DNA of 64,000 nucleotides from Octopus vulgaris (taxonomy: Eukaryota): positions 109,430,001 through 109,494,000 of the forward strand of contig OX597819.1 in NCBI GenBank assembly GCA_951406725.2, in the 5' to 3' direction. The position numbers and the translations under genes are program-made. This document shows, piece after piece, positions 1-13,632 of this stretch. The notes beneath the pieces were generated by a model. It saw only the letters and a list, made by a program, of their open reading frames with translations, did not search any database and was not told where the DNA came from. Within the stretch, counting starts at the first letter, position 1. Every line of letters starts with the position of its first letter.

Positions 1-1286
1 AATGTGGAAGTGATATATCTCGACTTTGCAAAGGCCTTTGATAAAGTCGATCATGGAATGATATGTCACAAACTGCGTGATCTCAACATAGTTGGAAAAC
101 TGGGAGAATGGCTTCATGACTTTCTGAAGGATAGAAGTCAGGTGGTAGTAGCCAATGGGGCCACCTCCATTAACACACAAATAGTGAGCGGTGTTCCGCA
201 GGGCACTGTTCTGGGACCACTACTGTTCATAATGGCCCTCTCAGACATGCCCTCAGCCACGCAGAGAGCCACGATCACAAGTTATGCAGATGATACAAAA
301 GTCTCACAGGCAATACAGAACCCTGAGGACACTAAACACCTGCAATGTGAGCTGGACGAAATATACAAGTGGGCTGAAAAGAATAGCATGCAGTTCAATG
401 CTGGAAAGTTTCAAGCTTTATACTATCAGCATGCAAAACTGAATGCAATACCCAATGAATACACTGGACCCGGAGGGATTGCAATCCCAGAGGCACAATC
501 AGTGCGTGACCTTGGTATTCACATGAGTGATGACGCGACCTTTCATGTACATGTTGCTAAACTGACAATGAAATGTAGACGGCTGGCTGGATGGATTCTT
601 AGAACCTTTAGAACAAGAGAACAAGAAACCATGATGGTCCTCTGGAAGACACTTGTCCTAAGCCACTTTGACTATTGCTCTCAGCTATGGTCACCATCCA
701 GTGTCAAGTTGATCACAGAACTTGAGGCGATCCAACGAAGCTACACAAAGAAGATAGCCTCTATGCAGAATGTAAGCTACTGGGAAAGACTCAAGAGATT
801 AAAATTATATTCCCTGGAGCGTAGGCGGGAAAGATATGCCATAATATACATCTGGAAGATCCTGGAGGGAAGTGTCCTGAACTTTGGCATCGAGAGTTAC
901 GCAAATGCCAGAACTGGGCGCCACTGCGTGGTGCCTAGGACTCCAAACCTGCCATCAAGATGTAGGACAAGATTCTGTGATAGCCTGGGCTTCCGAGGCC
1001 CACAGCTCTTCAATATCCTCCCGAAGAACCTGAGAGACCTGCATGGGGTGGATACAGATGTCTTTAAAATGAAGCTGGATCTCTTCCTGTCAGGTGTCCC
1101 AGATGAACCAACTTCACGGCAGGAGGGGCAGATGAGGGCAGCTGCATCGAACTCTCTCATGCACCAAATAGCAGTTGCTAGAAAGCCTCCATGAAGTGAA
1201 ACCAAGTAGCAACACCAAATGGCGGTGCCCCAGCATGGCCACAGCTCATAAGCTGAAACTAGAATCAATCAATCAATCAATCAATC
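1..1286 (+). mobile_element. 3' portion of a CR1/L2-group LINE (RT C-terminal half, short 3' UTR, (AATC)n tail); continues beyond the left edge
   Basis: The frame has the RT motifs YLDFAKAFDKV, SGVPQGTVLGPLLF, SYADDTK and DLGI, and a C-terminal LYSLERRRERY. Stop at 1194, short UTR, then (AATC)n at about 1263-1286. Confidence 0.93.
4..1194 (+). CDS. LINE ORF2 reverse transcriptase, partial (5' end outside the window)
   Basis: 396-aa uninterrupted frame with non-LTR RT motifs (DFAKAFD, GVPQG, YADD). Confidence 0.9.
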   Translation: MEVIYLDFAKAFDKVDHGMICHKLRDLNIVGKLGEWLHDFLKDRSQVVVANGATSINTQIVSGVPQGTVLGPLLFIMALSDMPSATQRATITSYADDTKVSQAIQNPEDTKHLQCELDEIYKWAEKNSMQFNAGKFQALYYQHAKLNAIPNEYTGPGGIAIPEAQSVRDLGIHMSDDATFHVHVAKLTMKCRRLAGWILRTFRTREQETMMVLWKTLVLSHFDYCSQLWSPSSVKLITELEAIQRSYTKKIASMQNVSYWERLKRLKLYSLERRRERYAIIYIWKILEGSVLNFGIESYANARTGRHCVVPRTPNLPSRCRTRFCDSLGFRGPQLFNILPKNLRDLHGVDTDVFKMKLDLFLSGVPDEPTSRQEGQMRAAASNSLMHQIAVARKPP

Positions 1287-1611
1287 ATATATATATATAT
1301 AGTGTTTAAGAAAATCACTACAATATAAGTTTGGAAGTTTAAACACAAGTAAAACGAAACCAAATGATGATTAATGATCAACATTTTTAAAACTTTGTAT
1401 TTGAATATTTCGGATTAAAAAACTATTTATCAAGTAAACGGAGAATGATTTAACTCCGTCTGAACAGTTCAAAATAAGTAATTAGTAATTTTTCAAACGT
1501 TTACATCCAGAAAAAAAACACGTCAATGAGAGAAATATTGTTTCGCATAATCTCACAGCAGTATTACAAACAAATAATAATTTATATCAACGCACGATCC
1601 TAGTGTATTCA

Positions 1612-1733
1612 TTTATTCTTTTATTCTTTTACTTGATTCAGTCATCTGACTGCGGCCATTCTGGAGCACTGCCTTAAAGGGTTTCTAGTCGTAGACATCG
1701 ATTCCAGGACTTATTCTTTGTAAGCCCAGTACT
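1612..1733 (-). mobile_element. SINE family A, 3' fragment
   Basis: Reverse complement of the family A tail (...gtgctccagaatggccgcagtcagatgactgaatcaagtaaaagaataaaag). Confidence 0.8.
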
Positions 1734-1786
1734 GTATATTCCTTCTTCACCCGTTTATTTATGTTCTTATTCTAACTCATGTCCAT

Positions 1787-1831
1787 TGTCTGGAAGTCTT
1801 TCGTCACACATCAGTGACTTCTTCAGCGACA
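1787..1831 (-). ncRNA. Minimal type I hammerhead ribozyme motif (Penelope pLTR type)
   Basis: Minus strand reads ugucg-CUGAAGA-A-GUCAC-ugaugu-GUGAC-GAAA-gacu-UC-cagaca. Core, 5-bp helix II and helix I (one bulge) are present, with AATAAA downstream. Confidence 0.7.
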
Positions 1832-1868
1832 CTTTTCATCCTCGTATATAATATATGTATATATACAA

Positions 1869-1925
<57 letters not shown>

Positions 1926-1930
1926 TACAT

Positions 1931-1998
1931 ATCCTTAAATCCTTAAATCCTTAAAAGTGTTTTAGAACAAAGGCCGCGGCCATGCTGGGGCACCACCG
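1931..1998 (-). mobile_element. Very short 5'-truncated retroposon 3' end with (TTTAAGGA)n tail
   Basis: Minus strand reads ggtggtgccccagcatggccgcggcc...ttttaaggatttaaggatttaaggat, the same motif as the LINE 3' UTR at 1221-1245. Confidence 0.65.
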
Positions 1999-2719
1999 TT
2001 CGTAGATATACATTCGTAGATATACATATATGTATGCATGTCGGCACATGTATATATGTACACATACACACATATATATTATATATACACATGTGTTTAT
2101 AAGCGTTAAACTAAAGAAACATTCGTTAAACCCACTCTCACCCGGGTTGTCTTTTTGTGCTCATTGCATTCTTAATACATACACAGATTTGTGCTTATTT
2201 TGGTTGCTTAATCTTAATTCGACATCGATCAATCAGACCTATGATTAAAAACATTCCAGTCATGACCATATCATCAAACACAATGCATGTAACACTAAAT
2301 TATCTAATGAGTACCTCCTGCTTTTCAAAATCAAAATGGCGTCTGTTTTGAGGTATATGTTTCCCATCGGTCGATTGAAAGCATAGAGGTTTACTCTTGG
2401 GCTGTAAATTTTCTTTGTTTTAATGTTCAGCAGGTTTGGATGATATTCATAGCAGGTCGGGCTACTGTGTGAAACCCCTTCGTTGGTTCACGTGACCACG
2501 TATGGTAGAGCTTTATTGGCTTGTTAAAAGTTATAGGTATTATTGGTTCGAGCGGATATTAAAAACATTGCCAATAACGATATTTCAATTTTAATCAAAG
2601 AATTCTTCCCTTTAACGTAAGACCAAGCTTTATACATACATAAATATATACATATAGATATACATATACATACATACATATATATTATGATTGAACGTCA
2701 AGCATCCTCTTCCAAGTAA

Positions 2720-4665
<1,946 letters not shown>

Positions 4666-4697
4666 ATGTCTGAGTGTCCGTATGCTTACTGATTGCA

Positions 4698-4901
4698 CAA
4701 GGGAGTGCTGAAAAGTAAAAGAAAATACAGGAGGGTCACTTAATTATGATTGTACTCAACATATTTTCCTCTCAGATTCACACATTTATTGCAGAGGTCC
4801 TTCAGTTTTTCTAAGCTCTGTAAAAGAACTCTGAAGGATGGGCCTCCAAGAGGGCCTTTCGTGATACCCTTAAAGCCAGGAAGTTTTCCGACACTCCTTC
4901 G
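4698..4901 (-). mobile_element. Mariner-derived MITE, degraded (same family as 39185-39398)
   Basis: Ends aagggagtgctgaaaagt and aaagccaggaagttttccgacactccttcg|TA. The internal sequence is the reverse complement of the 39185-39398 copy. Confidence 0.75.
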
Positions 4902-6691
4902 TATATATTTTTATTAAAATAATTTTCATGTTTCATTATTATTTGGTTTAGAGCTATATCTTGTCATGTCGTCCGTGCGTTCTACGCTAACTCATAAAGG
5001 TTTTCGTTTTGAAAATGAAATTGTAAAAATCTCGAAACGTCGGACTTATATATATTTAGAAACGTTATTGTCCCAAACTAGATATAAAAGAACTAATATT
5101 GAAATATGAAAAACTTTATAAAAAAAAAAGGTCAAAGAAGAATATTTTGTTTTTAATTTAACATGTTTGAAAGAAAATCTATTCGCACTTTATATATATA
5201 TACACGTATACATACATACATACATACATACATACATACATAAATACATACATACATACATACACACACACATAGACACACACACGTGTCATGCATTGAT
5301 GTGACGTCTGTTTAATACATGTTGTTTTCTTCATACCATGATTTCACACACATGTCCAGTTTTCCAGATATAGTTAATTTCTCTAAAGGTTATTGACCTC
5401 GGGAATGATTTGAACTTTGAAAGTAACCGTAAGCAATAAAGTAAATGAATCAGTGTTAGTTTCGACGTCAAATATTTCAGTTGTTCGATCAATTAATTTA
5501 CCTGTTTATAGAATTAACGTATAATTGGTTGAGTATCAACAGACAAATGTACTTATAACGTAAGGGTACACTTGTCTTTGTGCCTTAAGCTGTGTACCCT
5601 TACGTTAAGTGTATGCAGCCTTACACAGTGCGTGAAAAGCCTGTCTTTGAGTTTGAAATATAATTCATCCGATAACGGCAGCGAACTGGAAGAATAGTGA
5701 GCACGGCGGACGAAATGCTCATTGATATGTGGGTTGGGTCGTACCATTGCAAGAGGTACATTACTGGGCAAACACCGTTTAGTTTTGAATAGTTGGTGAG
5801 TTTCTCCAGGCGTTGCAGGCCTTGTTTTTTTGCATGTATGAGTGAATCCCTTCGGAGCTTAGGGCACTGAGGTTTTGCTGTGCATGAGATGATGGGGTAA
5901 ATACAAAATAAGAATAATTTCAGTCACCTGCATCGCTGTCCTGAAGGACCAGGAGTGAAGCACGTCAGCTGCCAGAGGTAATTAGCATAAAAGTGGTAAA
6001 ACTCCGGTTGCTTGGCTGACTTGAATTAGTATTATGTGAATAGTCATTAGGTGCGGTCATTTCTCAAAAAAAATTCCAGCGAAAATAACTCTTTTGATCT
6101 CGACAAAATTAAACTTCAAAGGATAAATCTCTTTAAGACATTTGTTTCAAAATTCAAATATTCTTCTTTAGCCACTTTTGTGGAGTTTATTACATTATTT
6201 TATGTTAAAAGCAAAATCATATATTTGAAAATGAGATTCTTTTATTTCTATTTCTAAAACACGATCCTGATCTACGACTGAAGTCGTGGGCTTGTTAGTA
6301 GACGAGTATAAAAGATTTCAGTTATGAATGAATAGCGAATATTTTCTTCTCCTTATGATTTAGCAGTGTGCTTTTGAAGTTTCAGTCTAAGTTACGTTTC
6401 TGAAGAGATATTACGGTATCATCAACAGATTCTGTGGTTAATTGTTTACGAATGGGGAGCTTTTATCGGACTACGTGTTCAATTACCGGCTGAATGAAAA
6501 CGGTTTTTTTTAACCAGTTAAGTCGTCTTTATCGATAGTGCAATCAGACAGAATTTCAAAATTATCTAGAGAAGCAGAGTTCGCTAGGAGTCCCGAATAA
6601 AAGTCACTATTTCCTCGTCACTATTATATCTTTACACCTCATAAAGAGAAGCAGCGGATGCCTAAAGGTGCGTTAAGACCCCAAAACTATA

Positions 6692-7045
6692 TTTTATCTT
6701 TTAATTGTTTCAGTCACAAGACTGCAGCCATGCTGGAATTTTAGTCGAATGAATCGATTCCAGTTCGTATTTTATTTAAATCTGGTACTTATTCCATTGA
6801 TATATTTTGCTGAAACGCAAAGTTATGGAGACGTAAATAAACCAATACCAGTTGTCAAGTGGTGGTGAGGACAAACATCCCCACACACGACAAGCTTCAT
6901 TCAGTTTCTACCTACCAAATCCATTCACAAGGTTTTGTTCGGCCCAAGACAATAGTAGAAGGCACTTTTCCAAAGCGCCACACAGTGGGGATGAGCCTGA
7001 ACCATGTGCTTAGGAAGGTAACCTTTTATCACACAACTCATCTCT
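6692..7045 (-). mobile_element. SINE family A, diverged copy
   Basis: Colinear with the reverse complement of 16890-17283. Confidence 0.8.
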
Positions 7046-7429
7046 TTTGAATATTTGGTTACTCTTTTCTAGTTTAAAAGGGGAACTTTTCCCGAAATAT
7101 TATAGGATCATTAAAAAATAAATTATGAAAGGTTGTTTTCTTTCACTGACATCGCCCTACATATTTTACATAACCCTTCTTCTGCATTGCTCATACGATT
7201 TTGCAAACATCTAATCTACACATATCGCAATGGTTCAAGCATGCTACATCCCACTTATATATACATACATGCGCGCACGCACACACACAGACACAGACAC
7301 AGACACACATACACACACACATACACACTCATATAGATAATAGCAAAAGGTAGTAATTGCAGAACATCGTGGAGATTCGATACGCATTTCTATTATCATA
7401 GTACAGCATTGTTTTCATAAAATTATCAT

Positions 7430-7444
7430 AGATAATAATGGCGT

Positions 7445-7484
<40 letters not shown>

Positions 7485-7860
7485 GAGGATAATGATGATG
7501 AAAATGATTGCGATCATGAAGAATTTTTATCGAATACTAGAATATGAAATACACTTTCCATCACATAAATCTACTTCCTACTCCAAAGGTGTACAAAAAT
7601 ATTAAAAAACTGTCCCCCCCAACAACAACAACAATAATGATGATGATGATGATGATGATGATGATAATGATGTTGATGTGATGATGATGATGATGATGAT
7701 GGTGACGACGTCGACGACGACGATGATGATGATAAATCGGAGAAATCGAAAGACGACGGTTAATAGAAATAATGAGTTATGACGATAGTGATGATGATGA
7801 TGAAGATGATGATTGTAATGAGGATGATGATGGCGATGATAATGATGGTGATGATGATAC
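7430..7860. repeat. (GAT)n-rich trinucleotide repeat region
   Basis: Directly visible. Confidence 0.9.
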
Positions 7861-8202
7861 CACTGTTCATATGTATCTTAATAATAGTAATGACTTCAAA
7901 CTTAGAAATAATCGACCGTACCACAATTTTCTGTGACGTTACATCTCTGTTGCATTACTTGATTGCTACTTATTTTATCGATCCTGGCAGAATTTGAACT
8001 AAGAAAGTAAATATAATTGTAAAGAACTATTATTTCTAACATAAGCACAGGGACGACACTTATTTGGTCGGCAGGGCTTAGTCAGTTTAGTCGAATCTCA
8101 CTCCTTTACTGGTACTTTATTTTATCGTACCCCAGTGGAGTTTGAACTCGGAATGTAAAGAACCGGAAGAAATACTAGCGCTCTTCCAATTCTGTCAGAC
8201 AT

Positions 8203-8431
8203 CTTGTGTGAATAGAAATTTACGTAGACACACGCTTACACACGCTTACACACACATACAGGGACACACAGACATACTTACACACACGCGCGAACCAGCT
8301 AACAAGCAGAGAGAGAAAGAGAGAGAGAGAGACAGAGAGAGAGGGAGAGAAAGGGGGAGAGAGAGTCCTGTAACATCACAGCAAAGCAGAGCCTGATGAA
8401 TGAAATGGCTGAACTCTGATCCGTGGCTATA
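8203..8431 (+). repeat. Dispersed repeat; inverted partner at 12111-12290
   Basis: ctgtaacatcacagcaaagcagagcctgatgaatgaaatggctgaactctgatccgtgg matches the reverse complement of 12114-12175. The agaaatttacgtag end also matches. Confidence 0.85.
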
Positions 8432-8854
8432 CATATATATTATTGATTTTATAATATAAGTACAAGAGAAAGGATATATCGATTATACCTCCCTAGTATT
8501 ATCCTCGGCAGGATTTGAACTTGGAATGTAAACGGAAGAACGTTACTAAGTTCGGATAAAGCGATACATAAACAAGATAATACCTTGTGGTAATGAAATA
8601 ATTTATTAGAAATAGGGATTTAGTGAACAGAAGACTGTCATTTATGCCCTGATTGGGTAAACTTATGGTCGAAAGCGTTCCTAACATGAATATACCATTT
8701 CAAAAAAATACCAAGAACTATATTATTCGATGTGTTCTGAAGACATTGGTTTGTGTTTCGAGAGAGATTTGACTGCTATTTGTGGGAGCGACCACGTCGT
8801 ATCTTCCACATTCGATTGTTGCTTGATGAAAAAATTGTTTCTTACAAAAGCTCA

Positions 8855-9015
8855 ATGCCATAAATTCAAGGGGAGAGGTTATTCGATTAAATCGACTCAA
8901 TATTTGACTAAGACAAAGTTGGCCTCGGCGACATTTGAACTCAGAATGTAAAGAGCCAAAACAAATACCGCATAACGTTTTTGTTCGACGCTCTAATGAT
9001 TCTGCCAAGTTACTG
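8855..9015 (-). mobile_element. SINE family B, diverged copy (similar fragments at about 7960-8010, 8035-8195, 8445-8545 and 11765-11975)
   Basis: Contains the family B segment ctcggcgacatttgaactcagaatgtaa (reverse-complement B box). Confidence 0.7.
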
Positions 9016-9524
9016 CCCATGGCAGCAGATCATGATTTGCGTCATTGCTGTTGTTAGAGTTGTTGCTATTGTTTTGTTATTGTCATTGTGAAGAAACCTA
9101 TGATCACAAGCAATTCAAGCCAAGACCACTCCATATTTTATCAGATATACTATCCCTTGGAGATCACAATCCAGTGTATCATTCCATTTCTGCAATCCAC
9201 AAGAGATTTGGCAGCTATTTCTAGCAAGTCAAGTGACAGTATAAACGTCCTCTTGTAGGTTGGGAGAGTTTGGGGTTGTGGTGTAAGAACAGTTGGCGAT
9301 CAAAATTAAAACGATTTTAATATGACGACGTTCTGGCCAATATGTCATTTTCTTATAAATTATTATACTTCAGTCTCATTATATACCTATTAATATTCAT
9401 TAGATGTACATCATGTTCATCACACATGTACATGTAATGCACACACACAGATTTACACAGATATTCATACATGAACAGAATGCAGAAATATAGAAGTATA
9501 CAGCTGCTCGCCTCAACCTCGCAA

Positions 9525-9594
<70 letters not shown>

Positions 9595-9773
9595 GATATA
9601 TGTATATATATATATAATTATAATCAAGATTATAAACGACAGAATTAATACCAGTATTAATTCTGTATTAATACCAAAGCGCAATATTGGTTTTCAATTT
9701 GATTACGCACTGCAATGGCCGCTTCAGTGACAGATGTCCACGAAAATTCGACTGTTATGTCGCTGCTGGACAT

Positions 9774-9820
9774 CTGTCACTGAAGAACCTATAGCAGGGC
9801 GAAATCACGTGATCTGGCAG
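9774..9820 (+). ncRNA. Type I hammerhead ribozyme motif
   Basis: cuguca-CUGAAGA-accu-auagc-agggc-GAAA-ucacguga-UC-uggcag. Helix I is 6 bp (cuguca/uggcag), helix III is palindromic (AUCACGUGAU), helix II is imperfect. Confidence 0.7.
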
Positions 9821-9930
9821 TTACGGCGGCCGTAGCAGACGGTTCTGATTTGTCAACGATGTAGTTACGAGTACTTTTATGGAACACAAGTCCATACGAG
9901 AGATCTCTCAAGTATTCTGTTCTGACACAA

Positions 9931-9981
<51 letters not shown>

Positions 9982-9984
9982 ATA

Positions 9985-10212
9985 TATCTTTATCTTCTGC
10001 GTGTTCCAGTCATTGGACGATGGCTCTACGGGGACACTGCCTTAAAGATTTTAATCGAAAAAATTGACCCTTGCACTTATTTTCAAGTATAGCACTTATT
10101 CTATCGAACCGATTCGCCGAACTGCTAGATAATGGGGACGTAAACAAACTAACACTGGTTATCAAGCGCTGGTTGGCACAAATACAAACACGCAGATACG
10201 CACGCACACACA
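9985..10212 (-). mobile_element. SINE family A, diverged 3' half
   Basis: cttattctatcg...gccgaactgctag...ggggacgtaaacaaactaacactggttatcaagcg matches family A. Confidence 0.7.
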
Positions 10213-10308
10213 AACGTGTATATATAAATTGACATCTACTGCCGTTCCAGCCATGAATTCACATATAAGTCGAGGCAGGACACGCAGATATTCATAATAC
10301 CCCTACAA

Positions 10309-10408
<100 letters not shown>

Positions 10409-10412
10409 TATA

Positions 10413-10629
10413 GTGGAGGCGCGTGACTCAGTGGTTAGGGTGTTGAACTCATGATCGTAAGGTTGTGGTTTCGATTCCTGGACCGGGCGATGCGTTGTGT
10501 TCTTGCGCAAAACACTTCATTTCACGTTGCTCCAGTCCACTCAGCTGGCAAAAATGAATAATCCTGCGACCCGTCCAGGTGGGGAATTTCTACGCCATTG
10601 AAAGCGGGAAACCGGCCCTCGTAAACTCT

Positions 10630-10630
<1 letters not shown>
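10413..10630 (+). mobile_element. SINE family C (tRNA-derived head), embedded in (TA)n
   Basis: A-box-like tgactcagtgg, B-box-like gtttcgattcc, then gtgttcttgcgcaaaacacttcatttcacgttgctccagtccactcagctg. Related copies lie elsewhere in the window. Confidence 0.8.
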
Positions 10631-10685
<55 letters not shown>

Positions 10686-10785
10686 ATGATAACTGAAGTG
10701 GATTCTAATGACTTATGATTACAGTAGAAAACGGGTGATGGTGTTGTACAAGGAAGGAGTAGATGAAGAGTAGAAGAAAAAGAAT

Positions 10786-10807
10786 TAGTAGTAGTAGTAG
10801 TAGTAGT

Positions 10808-10866
<59 letters not shown>

Positions 10867-10900
10867 AAGAGGAAGAAGAAGAAGAAGAAGAAGATGAAGA
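10786..10900. repeat. Compound trinucleotide repeat (TAG)n(CAG)n(TAG)n(GAA)n
   Basis: Directly visible. Confidence 0.95.
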
Positions 10901-12110
10901 GGTGAAAAATAAAGATGATGGCAAGGTTGAAAGAGGGATGAAGGAGGTAGATACTATAAGATGTACCCTCACATAGACAAATCCCTACTTTTTGTGAAGA
11001 CCCCCCCCCACAAATTTAATAATGTTTCATTATGCACTCATACATTCGGTATCCCATACATAATTTAGTCGCTTTGGACGCATAGCAATTTTTTGTTATG
11101 TTTAGAAATTAAAAAGCGCGTCTTATCCACGGGTATCTACGGGTAACAGGGAAAAAAACGTCGTTCTTCAAATGGGTGAATTCAGTTGTTCAATGAATTA
11201 AATAAGTTGACGATTGTTTAGATACCTTCACCCGTAACGTAATTGTCAGACAGAATCATCGTAGCATACGGTGTGCCACAAGGTTGCACCTTTCGAATTA
11301 CAGGTACAATCCACCCGATGAATTTTTATACAGTCTCCGTCTCCCTTAGTTTCGTTCGCTGGGTAGAGGTCGAACGGCAGTGGTAGAAAATGACATTTGG
11401 TCAAGGTGTCACGCAATGGGATCGAAAGCGGAACGTTGTGGTTGCGAAACAAATCTCTTAATCCTTCGGCCGTACTGAACCTACTGAAACAAGAAGTTGG
11501 ATGAATGAAGATGAAAGAAATAGAGAAATAAGAGTGAAGAAAGTGGATGTAGAAAGCAGCGAAAGGGGAGGTGTTGAGGAAGAAGGAGAGTGGGTAATGA
11601 AGGTCATTGAAGAAGGAGGAGAGGGTAACTGAAGAGGAGGATGAAAGAGGAGAGATCATTTGATCAAGAGAAAAAGAGACAGAAAATGAAATAAAAAAAG
11701 TGTATCGAAATCGTTTCCGCTTTGCCGATATTTTTTATTAGTAATATATCGATTTGTGAGAAAGGTCCAAGGTCGCACATTTGTGACAGAGGCAAAGCGA
11801 AGAGACTATTATTGATTAAATAGACCTCGGTGCTTGACTAACACACTAGTTTATCGATACTGGGAAGATGAAAGGTAAAAGTTGACCTCAGGCGGATTTG
11901 AACTCAGAAGGTAAAAAGTATGACGCTAAACACCCTAATGCAATTTTGTCCGTTATTCTAATGATTGAGCCAATATACCAGTCTTGAACTATATGTGTGA
12001 TATTTTCTTAGATTTTGTCACAATATTGTTGTTTTACGTTTGATATTTTGTTGATATTTCTGTCTTGTGATGCAAGAACTAGTTTTGAGAAAGCACTACA
12101 TTGAAATAAA

Positions 12111-12290
12111 TAACCGCGGATCAGAGTTCACCCATTCCATTCATCAGGCTCTGCTTTGCTTGTGATGTTACAGAACTCTTTCTCTCTTTGTCTCTCTCTT
12201 TCTGTGTTTGCTAACTGGCGTGCGTGTGAGTGTGTCTGTGTGTAAGTGTATGTGTGTGTATGTGTGTGCCTACGTAAATTTCTTTTCACA
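12111..12290 (-). repeat. Dispersed repeat; inverted partner of 8203-8431
   Basis: ccgcggatcagagttcacccattccattcatcaggctctgctttgcttgtgatgttacag ... cctacgtaaatttcttttcacaa. Confidence 0.85.
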
Positions 12291-13518
12291 ACGTTAAGAC
12301 CATCTAACTTAAAAAGTCTTCTACCAAGCTGATATATTTCTTACCATGGGCGAATTACTAGACTAAAATTCAAATCTTCCTATGGCATCACAAGAAAGCG
12401 ACTGGAAACGACCATGCAAGAATAAATTTTAAAATAACATAGGTAATTCGGTGGTTTCACCATAGGATAACTTTTTGGTTTACATCTTATGTCTTTTTAT
12501 TTTGTAATCAAAATTTATTGTCTTGATCGGAAAAGCTTGTCTTCATTTGATCAGGTCAATATACTAATAGAGACATTGAAAGCTAGTGACTTGTGCTTGA
12601 TATTTTAGAATATCAAGTTCGGTGCCTCCTATAGCTTTGAACTCAAGTTACAATGGAAGCAATTTTTGTAATTCGTCTCTTTTCTTGTAGTTGAAGTAAC
12701 TCTACCTCCCTTATACACTTGCACACACTCTCTCTCCATTTCCCTCCCTCTATTTTTCTTTTTATCTCTCAAGCACATACACACACACAATGTAAGTTCA
12801 ATTTCTTTAACGAATAGGACAGACATTGTGCAAGGTCAAAAGAATGAATAATTATATCTAATTAAGTAAATATACCATCCTATTCTGCATTGTCTCCATT
12901 CCCGTACACCCAACTATCTATATTCGTCCATTTTCGTTCTATTTAATATCCGTAATTACTTCATCTTGAATATATTACTTCAACCGAAATGACTTTTTCG
13001 TCTTATCATCCTACCCGCCTACACAACGTTTTCTTTGAATCATTTTTTTTTATATCGAGCGCTATTTTAATTTGTCGTCTGCTTTTCTCTAAAAATATAT
13101 TTCAGAAACAATGCATGGTAAATGTATTACACTCGAGCAGATATGACTGAAATATATTCAGTGTATCTGATTAAAACGATATCTCTTCTTATAGTTAAAT
13201 AGAATAGCTAATGGTTTCATACTTAAATACATATTGCCTCCGTTCTAATTCACTCTTCTTATCTGCCTTTCTTTTATCTTCCTTTCATGTTGAACGAAAA
13301 TCATTTCTACATTGGGATTCCAGATAAATTGTTTCTAAGACGATTCCGCTTATAACATTCTTTGCTTTGATATATCTTTAGCGGAAGCAAAACTAAAAAT
13401 ATATTTTGGGGGCAAAATATTAATAGCTCTCTCTCTCTCTCTCTCGCTTTCCCTCTCTCTCTTTCTCGCTTTCTCTCTCTCTCGCTTTCTCGCTCTCTCT
13501 CGCTTTCTCTCTCCCTCG

Positions 13519-13558
<40 letters not shown>

Positions 13559-13632
13559 ACTTTCTCTCTCTCTCTCTGTATATATATGGTAAATGAAAGA
13601 CGGAAGATGGAATATACGGGAATTTATTATTA

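Noticed and set aside
897-1268. 123-aa minus-strand ORF
   Set aside because: Antisense shadow of the LINE RT frame; the same applies to 27403-27712 and 53435-53899.
4985-5045. GAAACGUC preceded by a possible stem (ggtttt/aaaatc)
   Set aside because: The core reads CUCAUAA and helix I is unconvincing; at best a heavily decayed pLTR.
6385-6440. CUGAAGA-gaua...uauc on plus, and UUGAUGA...GAAACGUA on minus
   Set aside because: Neither strand has core, helix II and GAAA together.
8390-8425. CUGAUGA inside the inverted-repeat family
   Set aside because: No helix II or GAAA-UH geometry. Also considered as a C/D snoRNA box, but no terminal stem or guide was supportable.
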